Positions 7,205 to 15,284 of a DNA stretch of 20,000 nt are shown in pieces. The position numbers were made by a program, and so were the translations under genes. A model generated the notes under the pieces. That model was given only the letters and a program-made list of their open reading frames with translations. It had not been told where the DNA came from and ran no database searches. The DNA is from an uncultured virus (IMG/VR IMGVR_UViG_3300023119_000021) (taxonomy: Duplodnaviria; Heunggongvirae; Uroviricota; Caudoviricetes; Crassvirales): the IMG/VR virus record IMGVR_UViG_3300023119_000021; one strand, given 5' to 3'. Each line of letters opens with the position of its first letter. The first letter of the stretch is position 1.

Positions 7205-8668
7205 ATGGCAAAAGGAGGATACGTACCAAGTAACGCAGCATACTACGAAGGTCTTCAGTATGCAAATAAAGATGTTAAGCCAGTTGATTTTGGAGCTTTA
7301 GCTTTGGGCGTTTCTGGTGCCGTCAAAGAAAAATACGAGAGAGAAGAGAAAAAAAGAAAGGAAGACGAAGCTTTTCAGATGAAAATCGATGAAAACTTCG
7401 GAGATGTAATATACCCTTCTTTTGACAAGACTGGTCTCGAAAATATAGATATATATCAGAGTGGTGTTGTTGAAATGATTTCAGCTAGATCTCAAGATCT
7501 AAATGCTCAGTACAATAATGGATCTATAAGCAAAGTACAGTATAACAGGGAGATGACCAAACTTAAGGGTCAAACGCATCAGTTTAGAAGCAATTTCAAC
7601 ATGATAACTAAATTTGCTAATGACTACCAGGAAATGGGAGATAACATAGACCCTGCTTCTGAGGACACAATGCAAATGCTTCAAGATTTGTTTTCTGATG
7701 CCAAGCCTTATTTAACAGAAGACAATAGGCTAGGCAATATGTCTGCTTCTAGAAATGAAAAGGGTGAAATTATACCGAAAGCTTTTCTGTGGGATAAGGC
7801 AGCTTCAATGCTACAAGTTGAAGCTAAATATGACACTTTTGGAATACCAAAGCAAATATTAGGTATTCAAGGAGAACTGAGTAAGTTTATCGGTAGTGAA
7901 GCAGTTCTTAACACACATTTAGATAAACAAGGAAATCTCAAAGAGGGAACTTCAAACCTAATAGCAGAAAGTATCGATGCTCTTTCAGATCGTCAAGTTA
8001 TAAGTTACGCTAGACAATTAGGTCTTGATCCAGATTATGACGATAATGACATAACCTCTATAACCAATAGAGATGAGCTTGAAAGAGAGATTGTCAAAGA
8101 TCAGCAAGAAAAAACATTAGCATTATTGCAGCAAAAGCAATCTCTTGACGAGGTAGAGAAGACCAATCTTGATATAGCCTTGCAAGATTCTTATCTAAGG
8201 CAAAAGAAAATGTCTAATGACGAGAGGGCTAAGAAGGGATACAACTATTCTTATTATACTAAAGAAAACGCACAAGTTGAAGGTATAGGATTATCTGGTG
8301 ACGTAGAAGAGTTTACCGCAACAAAAGAGATACCCGTAAAAGGAATACCTTTAACTGATTTGAAACTTGAAGGTCAAATATCTGCGGAGGCAGCTGAGAC
8401 TGGAACCGTTAAGCAGTTGTACAGAAACGCAAACGGAGAATATATTGCTGTTATAGGATATGTTGAATCTGTTCCTGGAACTGGAACTATGGCTGGTCAA
8501 TTAGTTAAAACCCCACAGGTTAGAAAGGTAAGATTGACTACGAGGGCTCAAAAGAATTATTTCTTAACTAAAATGGACCCAGATTTAGGGGTTATAAGTG
8601 ATCCTATACCAAAACCAGGTCAGAAAAATGAAGTTGACGAAAGCAATCCTTTAGGCTTAGATATATGA
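7205..8668 (+). CDS. Putative internal virion / ejection protein
   Basis: 487-aa helical, charged protein with no catalytic motif recognised. Occupies the middle position of the ejection-gene triad; ATGA overlap with the next gene. Confidence 0.5.
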   Translation: MAKGGYVPSNAAYYEGLQYANKDVKPVDFGALALGVSGAVKEKYEREEKKRKEDEAFQMKIDENFGDVIYPSFDKTGLENIDIYQSGVVEMISARSQDLNAQYNNGSISKVQYNREMTKLKGQTHQFRSNFNMITKFANDYQEMGDNIDPASEDTMQMLQDLFSDAKPYLTEDNRLGNMSASRNEKGEIIPKAFLWDKAASMLQVEAKYDTFGIPKQILGIQGELSKFIGSEAVLNTHLDKQGNLKEGTSNLIAESIDALSDRQVISYARQLGLDPDYDDNDITSITNRDELEREIVKDQQEKTLALLQQKQSLDEVEKTNLDIALQDSYLRQKKMSNDERAKKGYNYSYYTKENAQVEGIGLSGDVEEFTATKEIPVKGIPLTDLKLEGQISAEAAETGTVKQLYRNANGEYIAVIGYVESVPGTGTMAGQLVKTPQVRKVRLTTRAQKNYFLTKMDPDLGVISDPIPKPGQKNEVDESNPLGLDI

Positions 8669-11600
8669 CACAGGACAAAAAATACACAAAATCAGAGTTC
8701 ATTTCATCTATAAGATCAAAGTATCCTCAATATAGTAATATTGATGATGAAACTTTGTACAATAAGATAATTGAAAAATATCCTGTATACGAAGATCAGA
8801 TAGAAAAACAAGAAGAGGTTTTAAAAAAAAAAGAAAATCAAGATTCTACTTTAGAAGAGAAAGATTTGGACTTTACATTGGTTCAGGATTCTTCGGATAT
8901 CAAAAAGAAAGTATCTGAAGAAGATTACGATAAGGGATACTTTGAATTTGATGATAGATTCTCTGCTGGAGCCAACGAGGTCATGGCTTCAATCTCCAGA
9001 ATACCTGTTTTTATAGCAGAACAAGTTGCTACCGCTTACTCTTATTTTGATGATGATTTTAAGGAACAGTTAAATTCCATGTCAAGAGAAGAGAGGGATT
9101 TGGCTTTGAGTGGAGCTGTTGATGCTGTGCCTAAAATAATAGGTGGACAAAACCTAAGTGTCATGGATTCTACAAAAGCATCAGAAGAGTACACTAAGGA
9201 AGCGGAAAAAATAAGATCTTCTTTTGATACATTTGATACTTCAATAACTGAAGATATAGCTGCAGGAGACTTAGGTCAAGCAGCAGGAAGACTTTTTAAT
9301 GAGGCAGCTGGAGCTGTTCCATCTATGATTCAAGCTATGGTTCCATATGTTGGTATAGCATCCATAGGTATTGGATCGGCAGCTCAAAAAAGCAAAGAAC
9401 TCCAAGATAAAGGAGAAGATTTGAATTGGAGAACATCAACCAACTCGATTGTTAGTGGTACAGCTGAAGGATTGGCTGATTTAGTCACTAAAAAAATTGG
9501 AGGCAGATTCTTTAATTCTATTGCAGGGAAAGGAAAAGATTACACTGTAAAGGCTTTGAAATCATTCGCAAAGGATTTTGGTATTGATTTTGTAGAAGAA
9601 GGAGCCTCAGAAACAGGGAGTCTTTTAGTTAGCAAGCTTGCTGATTATGCAATCTCTGGAGACGAAGAGGCTTTTACAAACACTCTTTATGAATTTACAG
9701 ATACATTTTTAGTTGGAGGATTTGCTACTGGTCCTTTGTCGACAGGAAAGATAGGTATAGATATCACAAGACAAAACATAAGGAGAAAAAATATAAATAA
9801 TAAAATAAAGGATAGCAAGTATAAGAGTTTATCTGATGCGTTTTCTAAAACCAATATGGATGAGATCGACTCAGATCAAATTGATGTAGCTAAAACAAAA
9901 GGATCTAAGGAGGCTCTTGAGTTTGATCTTGCCGAAAAAGTAAAAAATAAAATTATCACAAAAGAGGATGCTGATTCTAGGATAAAGGCATTTGAAGAGG
10001 TTTCTGAATTGGCTGAAAAAACTGACGGATTAGAACTAACAAAAGAGAAAGAAAAGACAGCTATAGAGCTGTTAAGGGAAAAAATGCGTCTTGAAAAAAC
10101 AATAGAAGGAAAAGACGAAAACTTAGTTGCCCCTCAAAAGAAAAGAATAGATGAAATTAACGATCAGCTTTCTAAAGTGCAACAAGAAGAGGCTGTTGAA
10201 GAGGTTACGGAACAAGAAACTACAGAAGAGGTTGTTGCAGAAGAATTAGTTAAACCTGAGTTAGAACCAAAACTAACTTACCAAACCTCAAATCAAACAC
10301 AAGTTACAGTAGATGAGTCTGGTAAATTTCAAGAAGCTGTTGATCTAAAGACTGGAAAGAAAAGAACTAAAGAAACTGCAAGAAAAGCTCAAAATGAACT
10401 GATAGCTCAAAGAGATTATACTACAGGCAAATCAGCTTTTGATGGGGTTCCAGAAGGTCAGGATGTTGGAGATCCATCGCAGTTCATTGCAAATGAAAGT
10501 GAAAATGCTCAGGAAATAGCTCAGGAATACAAAAGAAAGAAAGAAGAGCAAGGTATTATTGATCCAGTAATAGATGCTTTTTTAGGTAAGTATATAGTTA
10601 GCAGAGAGTCTTTGAAAGATTATTATGGAAGCACAGATGATCTAAAATTAATAAGAGCTTACACTAACAAGAAAAAGGGCAAAACAGCCATGCCTTTAGA
10701 TGTGATAGCTATGCAGGTTTCTGAAGAGGTAGGAAGAGAGGTAACTCCAGCTGAGCTTTTTGACATCATGATAGATCCTAAGTATAAATCTAACTCTGCC
10801 CCTAAAGAGGCTGATATAGTTACTGAACTTAGGAACAGGTTTATAGAGATTACAGGTTTTGATGGTACGGATGCTCAAATAAATGCTATCGCAGAACAAG
10901 ATCCATCTAAATTAAAACCATTCAGGGAGCCTATTGAGGTAGCTCAAGAGCAAGCAGCTAAACAAGAAGAGCTTCAAGTAGAAGAAAAGGTTGAGCAAGC
11001 CGAAGAACAAGCAAAAGCAGAGAGAGAGGCTGCTGTAGAGCCAAAAACAGAGGGAATTTCAAGTAGGGTGTTAGATGCGTTTAAAAAGACGAGAGATTTT
11101 CTAAAAAAACAAGTTAAGATACATTTTACAGCGCAGGGATTGCAGCCAGACATTATCTATAAAGAAAGGCAAAAGAGAGATGCAAAAATAAGGATGTATC
11201 AAAATAGAATTGATCAAATGAGAAAAAACATCAATTCTGCTCTTAAAAAAATACCAAAAGATCAGAGAGACTCTGTAATGAAAGAGTTCGATCAAGTATT
11301 TAGAGGACAAGTAAAGTCAAAAGATAGTAATTTGTCTCTTGACATGAGAATTTTGGCGGACAGAATGAGAATGGAAATAGACGGTCTTTCTACTATGATC
11401 ATCGAAAGTGGTTATTTTGATACTAAAGAAGGTCTGGAGGCGGTACAAAAAAACATAGGCTCTTATGTAAACAGAAGCTATAGGCTTTTCAGCGATTCAA
11501 ATTGGGCAAACAAGGTTTCTGAAGAGGTTAAAGAAAATGCAAGAAGATTTTTTAGAAGGCAAGCAATTCAAGAAGGTAGAACTGTTTCTGAACAAGAAAT

Positions 11601-13599
11601 AGAAAACCAAATCAATGAGATACTTAACAAGGCTGAAGACAATAAATATATTGTAAAAGGTAAGGATGGTCGAATAGATAAGGATATTCTTAGAAGAAGA
11701 AAAGATGTTCCAGCAGAGCTTCGTGCTTTAATGGGAGAGGTAACTAACCCACTTGAAAACTATCAAAACACTGTTGCTAAGCAAGCGATGCTTTTGTTTA
11801 ATTATAAGTTTCAAAGAAAGATTGCACAATCAGGATCAAACACTTTTTTCACAAAAAGTCCTACTAAAGAAAATACAGTTCAAATAGTAAAAGAAGGTAA
11901 TGAGGCTTATCCAGAACTTGCTGGACTTTGGACTACACCAGAGATTGCAAAAACATTTGAGATGCCAAATCCAATGAATGGTCATTATGATGCGTTTGTA
12001 AAATTCAGTAGTGCTATCAAGTGGGGTAAAACTGTTGGGTCTATTGCTACTCATGCTAAAAACATTTTAGGTAATCATGGTTTTCTTTTAATGAATGGTC
12101 ATTTAGACTGGAATGAAGTTAAAAATGCTTCGGATTTAGTAATAAAAGAATTTAGAGGTAAAACAAACGAAGAGCAAAGAGCTTATTTGGATGAACTTAT
12201 TTCTCTTGGTATCGTAAAACAAAGCACAACACTTGGAGACATTACATCAATGTATGGAGATAAATCTTTTGAAGAAGCATATAAGAGAACCATTATAGAT
12301 CAGGCTAGAAATGTAGCTTCTAAAAAGGAAAAACTATCAGATTTATTCAGAGAAAGTAAAGCTGGAAAAACGACAAAAGCTTTGGTTGACAAATTAAATG
12401 ATGCTTATCAGTCAGAAGATGATTTCTTTAAGATTATGGCTTATGGTATAGAAAAACAGAGATACGCTAAAGCTCTATTTGGAAAAGATAAGGCAGATTT
12501 AACAAAAGCGGAATCTGATCAGGTTAATGAAGTTGTATCTGAGATTGTAAAAAATACATATCCAACGTATGATAGAGTACCTCCTATAATCAAAAGACTT
12601 GGTAGGAGTCCATTACTAGGTGCATTTGTTTCGTTTAGAGCAGAGTCAATTAGAACTGCCTTCAATACTTACAAAATAGCATTGGACGAAGTAAATTCTA
12701 AAAACAAAGAAGTTGCTAAAATAGGAGCCAAAAGACTTGCGAGTGCTGGACTGTATACTGGGCTAAAAGTGACCCTAGCTACTCAACTTGGTCTTGCTGC
12801 TACATCTTTTATATTTGGAGGAGAAGATGATGAATCAGAAGAATATAATGATTTAAGGAAGTTTGTTGCGAAATGGTCTCAAGATTCTCTGATTGCAATT
12901 ACAAACAAGGAGCCTGGAAAATACACTTTTATAGATCTAACGGCAAATGATCCACACTCATTTTTGTCTGAGTTAATAATAGCAGGTAGAGATGATAATG
13001 ATTCGACTCCGCTTCTTATAGATAAGCTTGTGGCTTTAGGGGAGCCGTTTTTAGGTAAAGATTTAGTTTTTTCTTTTGCTTCTGAATCTTATCTCGTTTA
13101 TGAAGATAAAAAATTAACGTCATCTGAAAAGGCTGACAAGATTATGAATAAGTTTTTCAAGTTAATACAACCAGGAACAATAACAACTGCAATAAGATTA
13201 CAAAAAGCGGCGAGTGGTAATGATAATAATGTTTTTAATGAAGGAATCGGAGCTTTTACTGGATATAGACCTGTCGATGTAGATGTCCAAAAATCATATT
13301 TATTTAGAGCTATAGACTTGAAAGAAAGAAAAACTGCGCTCAATGGTAGATATAATAGAGTTAGATACAATGAAAAATCAACTGAGGTTGAGTTAGAAAA
13401 AGCGTATGAGGAGGTTAACAGAGATTATTCTCAAATGATTAAAGAAGCTCAGGAATTAACTCAGTCAGCAATAAGATTGGGTGTTGACTCAGGTGAAATA
13501 GTTAATATTCTTAAAAAGAATGGATTCAGCCGTAGAGACATAGCATTTATTCTGAGTCAAGACGAATACACATACATTCCAACTAAAATGCGTCAATAA
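8665..13599 (+). CDS. Large internal virion / ejection protein (1644 aa)
   Basis: Small N-terminal helical domain (KYPQY..IDD..L...IIEKYPVY), Gly/Ala-rich hydrophobic region (about aa 200-370), acidic linkers and a long helical C-terminal region, as in large podophage ejection proteins. Last gene of the + block. Confidence 0.6.
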   Translation: MTQDKKYTKSEFISSIRSKYPQYSNIDDETLYNKIIEKYPVYEDQIEKQEEVLKKKENQDSTLEEKDLDFTLVQDSSDIKKKVSEEDYDKGYFEFDDRFSAGANEVMASISRIPVFIAEQVATAYSYFDDDFKEQLNSMSREERDLALSGAVDAVPKIIGGQNLSVMDSTKASEEYTKEAEKIRSSFDTFDTSITEDIAAGDLGQAAGRLFNEAAGAVPSMIQAMVPYVGIASIGIGSAAQKSKELQDKGEDLNWRTSTNSIVSGTAEGLADLVTKKIGGRFFNSIAGKGKDYTVKALKSFAKDFGIDFVEEGASETGSLLVSKLADYAISGDEEAFTNTLYEFTDTFLVGGFATGPLSTGKIGIDITRQNIRRKNINNKIKDSKYKSLSDAFSKTNMDEIDSDQIDVAKTKGSKEALEFDLAEKVKNKIITKEDADSRIKAFEEVSELAEKTDGLELTKEKEKTAIELLREKMRLEKTIEGKDENLVAPQKKRIDEINDQLSKVQQEEAVEEVTEQETTEEVVAEELVKPELEPKLTYQTSNQTQVTVDESGKFQEAVDLKTGKKRTKETARKAQNELIAQRDYTTGKSAFDGVPEGQDVGDPSQFIANESENAQEIAQEYKRKKEEQGIIDPVIDAFLGKYIVSRESLKDYYGSTDDLKLIRAYTNKKKGKTAMPLDVIAMQVSEEVGREVTPAELFDIMIDPKYKSNSAPKEADIVTELRNRFIEITGFDGTDAQINAIAEQDPSKLKPFREPIEVAQEQAAKQEELQVEEKVEQAEEQAKAEREAAVEPKTEGISSRVLDAFKKTRDFLKKQVKIHFTAQGLQPDIIYKERQKRDAKIRMYQNRIDQMRKNINSALKKIPKDQRDSVMKEFDQVFRGQVKSKDSNLSLDMRILADRMRMEIDGLSTMIIESGYFDTKEGLEAVQKNIGSYVNRSYRLFSDSNWANKVSEEVKENARRFFRRQAIQEGRTVSEQEIENQINEILNKAEDNKYIVKGKDGRIDKDILRRRKDVPAELRALMGEVTNPLENYQNTVAKQAMLLFNYKFQRKIAQSGSNTFFTKSPTKENTVQIVKEGNEAYPELAGLWTTPEIAKTFEMPNPMNGHYDAFVKFSSAIKWGKTVGSIATHAKNILGNHGFLLMNGHLDWNEVKNASDLVIKEFRGKTNEEQRAYLDELISLGIVKQSTTLGDITSMYGDKSFEEAYKRTIIDQARNVASKKEKLSDLFRESKAGKTTKALVDKLNDAYQSEDDFFKIMAYGIEKQRYAKALFGKDKADLTKAESDQVNEVVSEIVKNTYPTYDRVPPIIKRLGRSPLLGAFVSFRAESIRTAFNTYKIALDEVNSKNKEVAKIGAKRLASAGLYTGLKVTLATQLGLAATSFIFGGEDDESEEYNDLRKFVAKWSQDSLIAITNKEPGKYTFIDLTANDPHSFLSELIIAGRDDNDSTPLLIDKLVALGEPFLGKDLVFSFASESYLVYEDKKLTSSEKADKIMNKFFKLIQPGTITTAIRLQKAASGNDNNVFNEGIGAFTGYRPVDVDVQKSYLFRAIDLKERKTALNGRYNRVRYNEKSTEVELEKAYEEVNRDYSQMIKEAQELTQSAIRLGVDSGEIVNILKKNGFSRRDIAFILSQDEYTYIPTKMRQ
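8819..8832 (+). other. Candidate programmed -1 frameshift / transcriptional slippage site (TTTT-A10)
   Basis: In-frame GTT TTA AAA AAA AAA GAA contains T_TTA_AAA and A_AAA_AAA heptamers of the X_XXY_YYZ type. The -1 frame stays open to TGA at 8916-8918. Confidence 0.45.
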
Positions 13600-13630
13600 A
13601 AAAAGACCCAGCTACTATCTTCACTGGGTC
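13598..13630 (-). terminator. Intrinsic terminator on the - strand
   Basis: 7-bp stem GACCCAG (13605-13611) / CTGGGTC (13624-13630) with a 12-nt loop, followed on the - strand by T7 (A-run 13598-13604). Confidence 0.65.
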
Positions 13631-13708
13631 ATTCTCGTTCGAAAATTTTTGATAGGAATCACCACAACCCTATCGTTAGCTAAAGTATAAAAAGTTTTTT
13701 TATATAAC

Positions 13709-13739
13709 AAAAAAAGAGCCAGAAATTATTTCCAGCTCT
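13709..13739 (-). terminator. Intrinsic terminator ending the - strand replication operon
   Basis: The - strand RNA AGAGCUGGAAA-UAA-UUUCUGGCUCU forms an 11-bp stem with two G-U pairs (possible only on this strand), followed by a U-tract. Confidence 0.75.
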
Positions 13740-13812
13740 ATTAAAATAAAAAAAATCTAGAAATGTGAGACGATCTTAGAGAGATCTTTCTCACTTAATG
13801 AACACTGTAAAC

Positions 13813-14268
13813 CTACAATATATTTTTTAAAATTGCAATAGTTTCGTCACAATCTTTTTGATTTCGTGGCATAAATAGGTTTGTTTGTATTCCTTCCCTA
13901 ACTAAATGCATCTTGAACAGCTTCCATCTGATAGGAAAGCTTTCGTTTGGGTTACCCTTTGTCTCTATTATGAATCGTGGTGGATCTTGTACGTCTATGA
14001 AGTCTGGAGTATACTTGATGCCTAACAACTTCTTATTACCTCTGTCGTGTAGTATTTTCTTAGACTTAGTCTTCTCATAGGAAGCCATAGGAAAGTTGCA
14101 ACCGTTGATGATAGTGAACGTTTTGCCTTCATACTCATTTTTAATCTTAGCCTTCTTCAGAGCTCTGTACATGTAAAGCTCAAGCTTAGAGGCAAATTCA
14201 ATACCATCTTCCTTAACCTTTGTAGATCTGGTGATCTGTCTTCTCTTAGTAGTCTTCCTCCTCCTCAT
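13813..14268 (-). CDS. PD-(D/E)XK endonuclease (T7 endonuclease I / DUF1064-like, possible Holliday junction resolvase)
   Basis: DGIEFASKLE...KYTPDF...IIETKG motif. ATG at 14268 preferred over TTG at 14280. Confidence 0.75.
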   Translation of the reverse strand: MRRRKTTKRRQITRSTKVKEDGIEFASKLELYMYRALKKAKIKNEYEGKTFTIINGCNFPMASYEKTKSKKILHDRGNKKLLGIKYTPDFIDVQDPPRFIIETKGNPNESFPIRWKLFKMHLVREGIQTNLFMPRNQKDCDETIAILKNIL

Positions 14269-14719
14269 CGTCCATTTCAATTACAGATATCACATCATCA
14301 ATCAGGAGTATGTCCCTGAAAAATTCTACAGCTTCCTCATGGCTTTCCCCTAAGTATTCCTCCCAAGTTCTGTTTCCTTCACCCATGAGATCATTCTTTG
14401 TGAATACAGTGTATCTTTTATAGTTGTTTATTTTATTATAGAACAGTATGTCTTTAAGGTTCTCCCAGAAGTAAGGATACTCTATAAGGCAAACCAATGC
14501 TTGTCTATCATCAATCCCCAACCTGTCGGCAAGCCAGAAGACTTCAATATCAGATATTGTTTCTATGAATATATCCAAGTCTTTTTTGACGTAAACGTAA
14601 AAGTAGTTATCATCGATAGTAGAGTAGTCAATAACTTCCTTCATGATGGTAAAGACCCTAACAGCCTCCTCCAGGTCAAGAGGTCTATTAAATACTATTT
14701 TCTTTGCGTCTAATCTCAT
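14246..14719 (-). CDS. Hypothetical phage protein (acidic C-terminus)
   Basis: 157-aa ORF packed in the - strand operon, overlapping both neighbours. Confidence 0.65.
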   Translation of the reverse strand: MRLDAKKIVFNRPLDLEEAVRVFTIMKEVIDYSTIDDNYFYVYVKKDLDIFIETISDIEVFWLADRLGIDDRQALVCLIEYPYFWENLKDILFYNKINNYKRYTVFTKNDLMGEGNRTWEEYLGESHEEAVEFFRDILLIDDVISVIEMDDEEEEDY

Positions 14720-14924
14720 CTATAGCTCTTTGCAGGTAGAGAACCTGATCCATCGCTTCCTCCTTAGCGTGTTGCAACCACTGCAACAAAGATAGGTCAT
14801 TTTCCGCAAGAGTGGTTCCATATTTTTTAAAACCAACAGCGCTTCTTCTTTTAAATTCGTGTATAGTTTTTACAACGACAGGATCTCTTTTCCAGTCTTC
14901 AAAGTCAAATCTATCCATCTTCAT
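14688..14924 (-). CDS. Small phage protein, MazG-like/all-alpha NTP pyrophosphohydrolase-like
   Basis: RS..G.KKYGTTL...DL....WL.HA.EE.MD..LYL pattern with an EExxD acidic motif, widespread in phages. Confidence 0.55.
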   Translation of the reverse strand: MKMDRFDFEDWKRDPVVVKTIHEFKRRSAVGFKKYGTTLAENDLSLLQWLQHAKEEAMDQVLYLQRAIDEIRRKENSI

Positions 14925-15120
14925 TCGTGTTCCCAGAATCTTTGAGTATATTCTCCTTGAGTTGATCTACTGCTTCCTGGTATCCGTCCATTAATTTTAA
15001 AGTCTCGAGCGTCCCAATCGAGAGGTCTTTTAAGTTTTGCATCTGACTTAGGATTGCGTTTTGCATCCCCACCATGTTTTTTACTTGATTCTCCATTTGA
15101 ATCAATCTGCTTTCCTTCAT
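14911..15120 (-). CDS. Hypothetical coiled-coil protein
   Basis: 69-aa ORF with A-rich leader (AAATACAATAAAAA-ATG), overlapping the next gene. Confidence 0.65.
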   Translation of the reverse strand: MKESRLIQMENQVKNMVGMQNAILSQMQNLKDLSIGTLETLKLMDGYQEAVDQLKENILKDSGNTNEDG

Positions 15121-15188
15121 TTTTTATTGTATTTAATTCGCAAAAGCAACCACCGACATCAAGCCAGCAGTTACATATTCTCATTTGT

Positions 15189-15284
15189 TTATTTGAATCC
15201 ATTGTTTGAGCTGTAAAGAAAGTAAACCCACAAGGCAATGGCTACAATAACTGATATGGCTCTGGCAATGTCAAGTGGTGTCAT
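15189..15284 (-). CDS. Small single-pass membrane protein (31 aa, MTPLDIARAISVIVAIALWVYFLYSSNNGFK)
   Basis: Translated by hand. The start overlaps the upstream stop (TAATG), and there is one hydrophobic helix. Below the ORF track length cutoff. Confidence 0.6.
   Translation of the reverse strand: MTPLDIARAISVIVAIALWVYFLYSSNNGFK

Noticed and set aside
2336..13370. Short - strand ORFs within the + block (2336, 4367, 7499, 10696, 11101, 11836, 13098) and the + ORF at 1050-1232
   Set aside because: They are antisense or out-of-frame shadows of long, motif-bearing genes, with no independent signals.
13600..13812. tRNA gene or attachment site in the intergenic region
   Set aside because: No cloverleaf or T-loop (GTTCRA within a proper stem) context could be built, and there is no integrase in the window.
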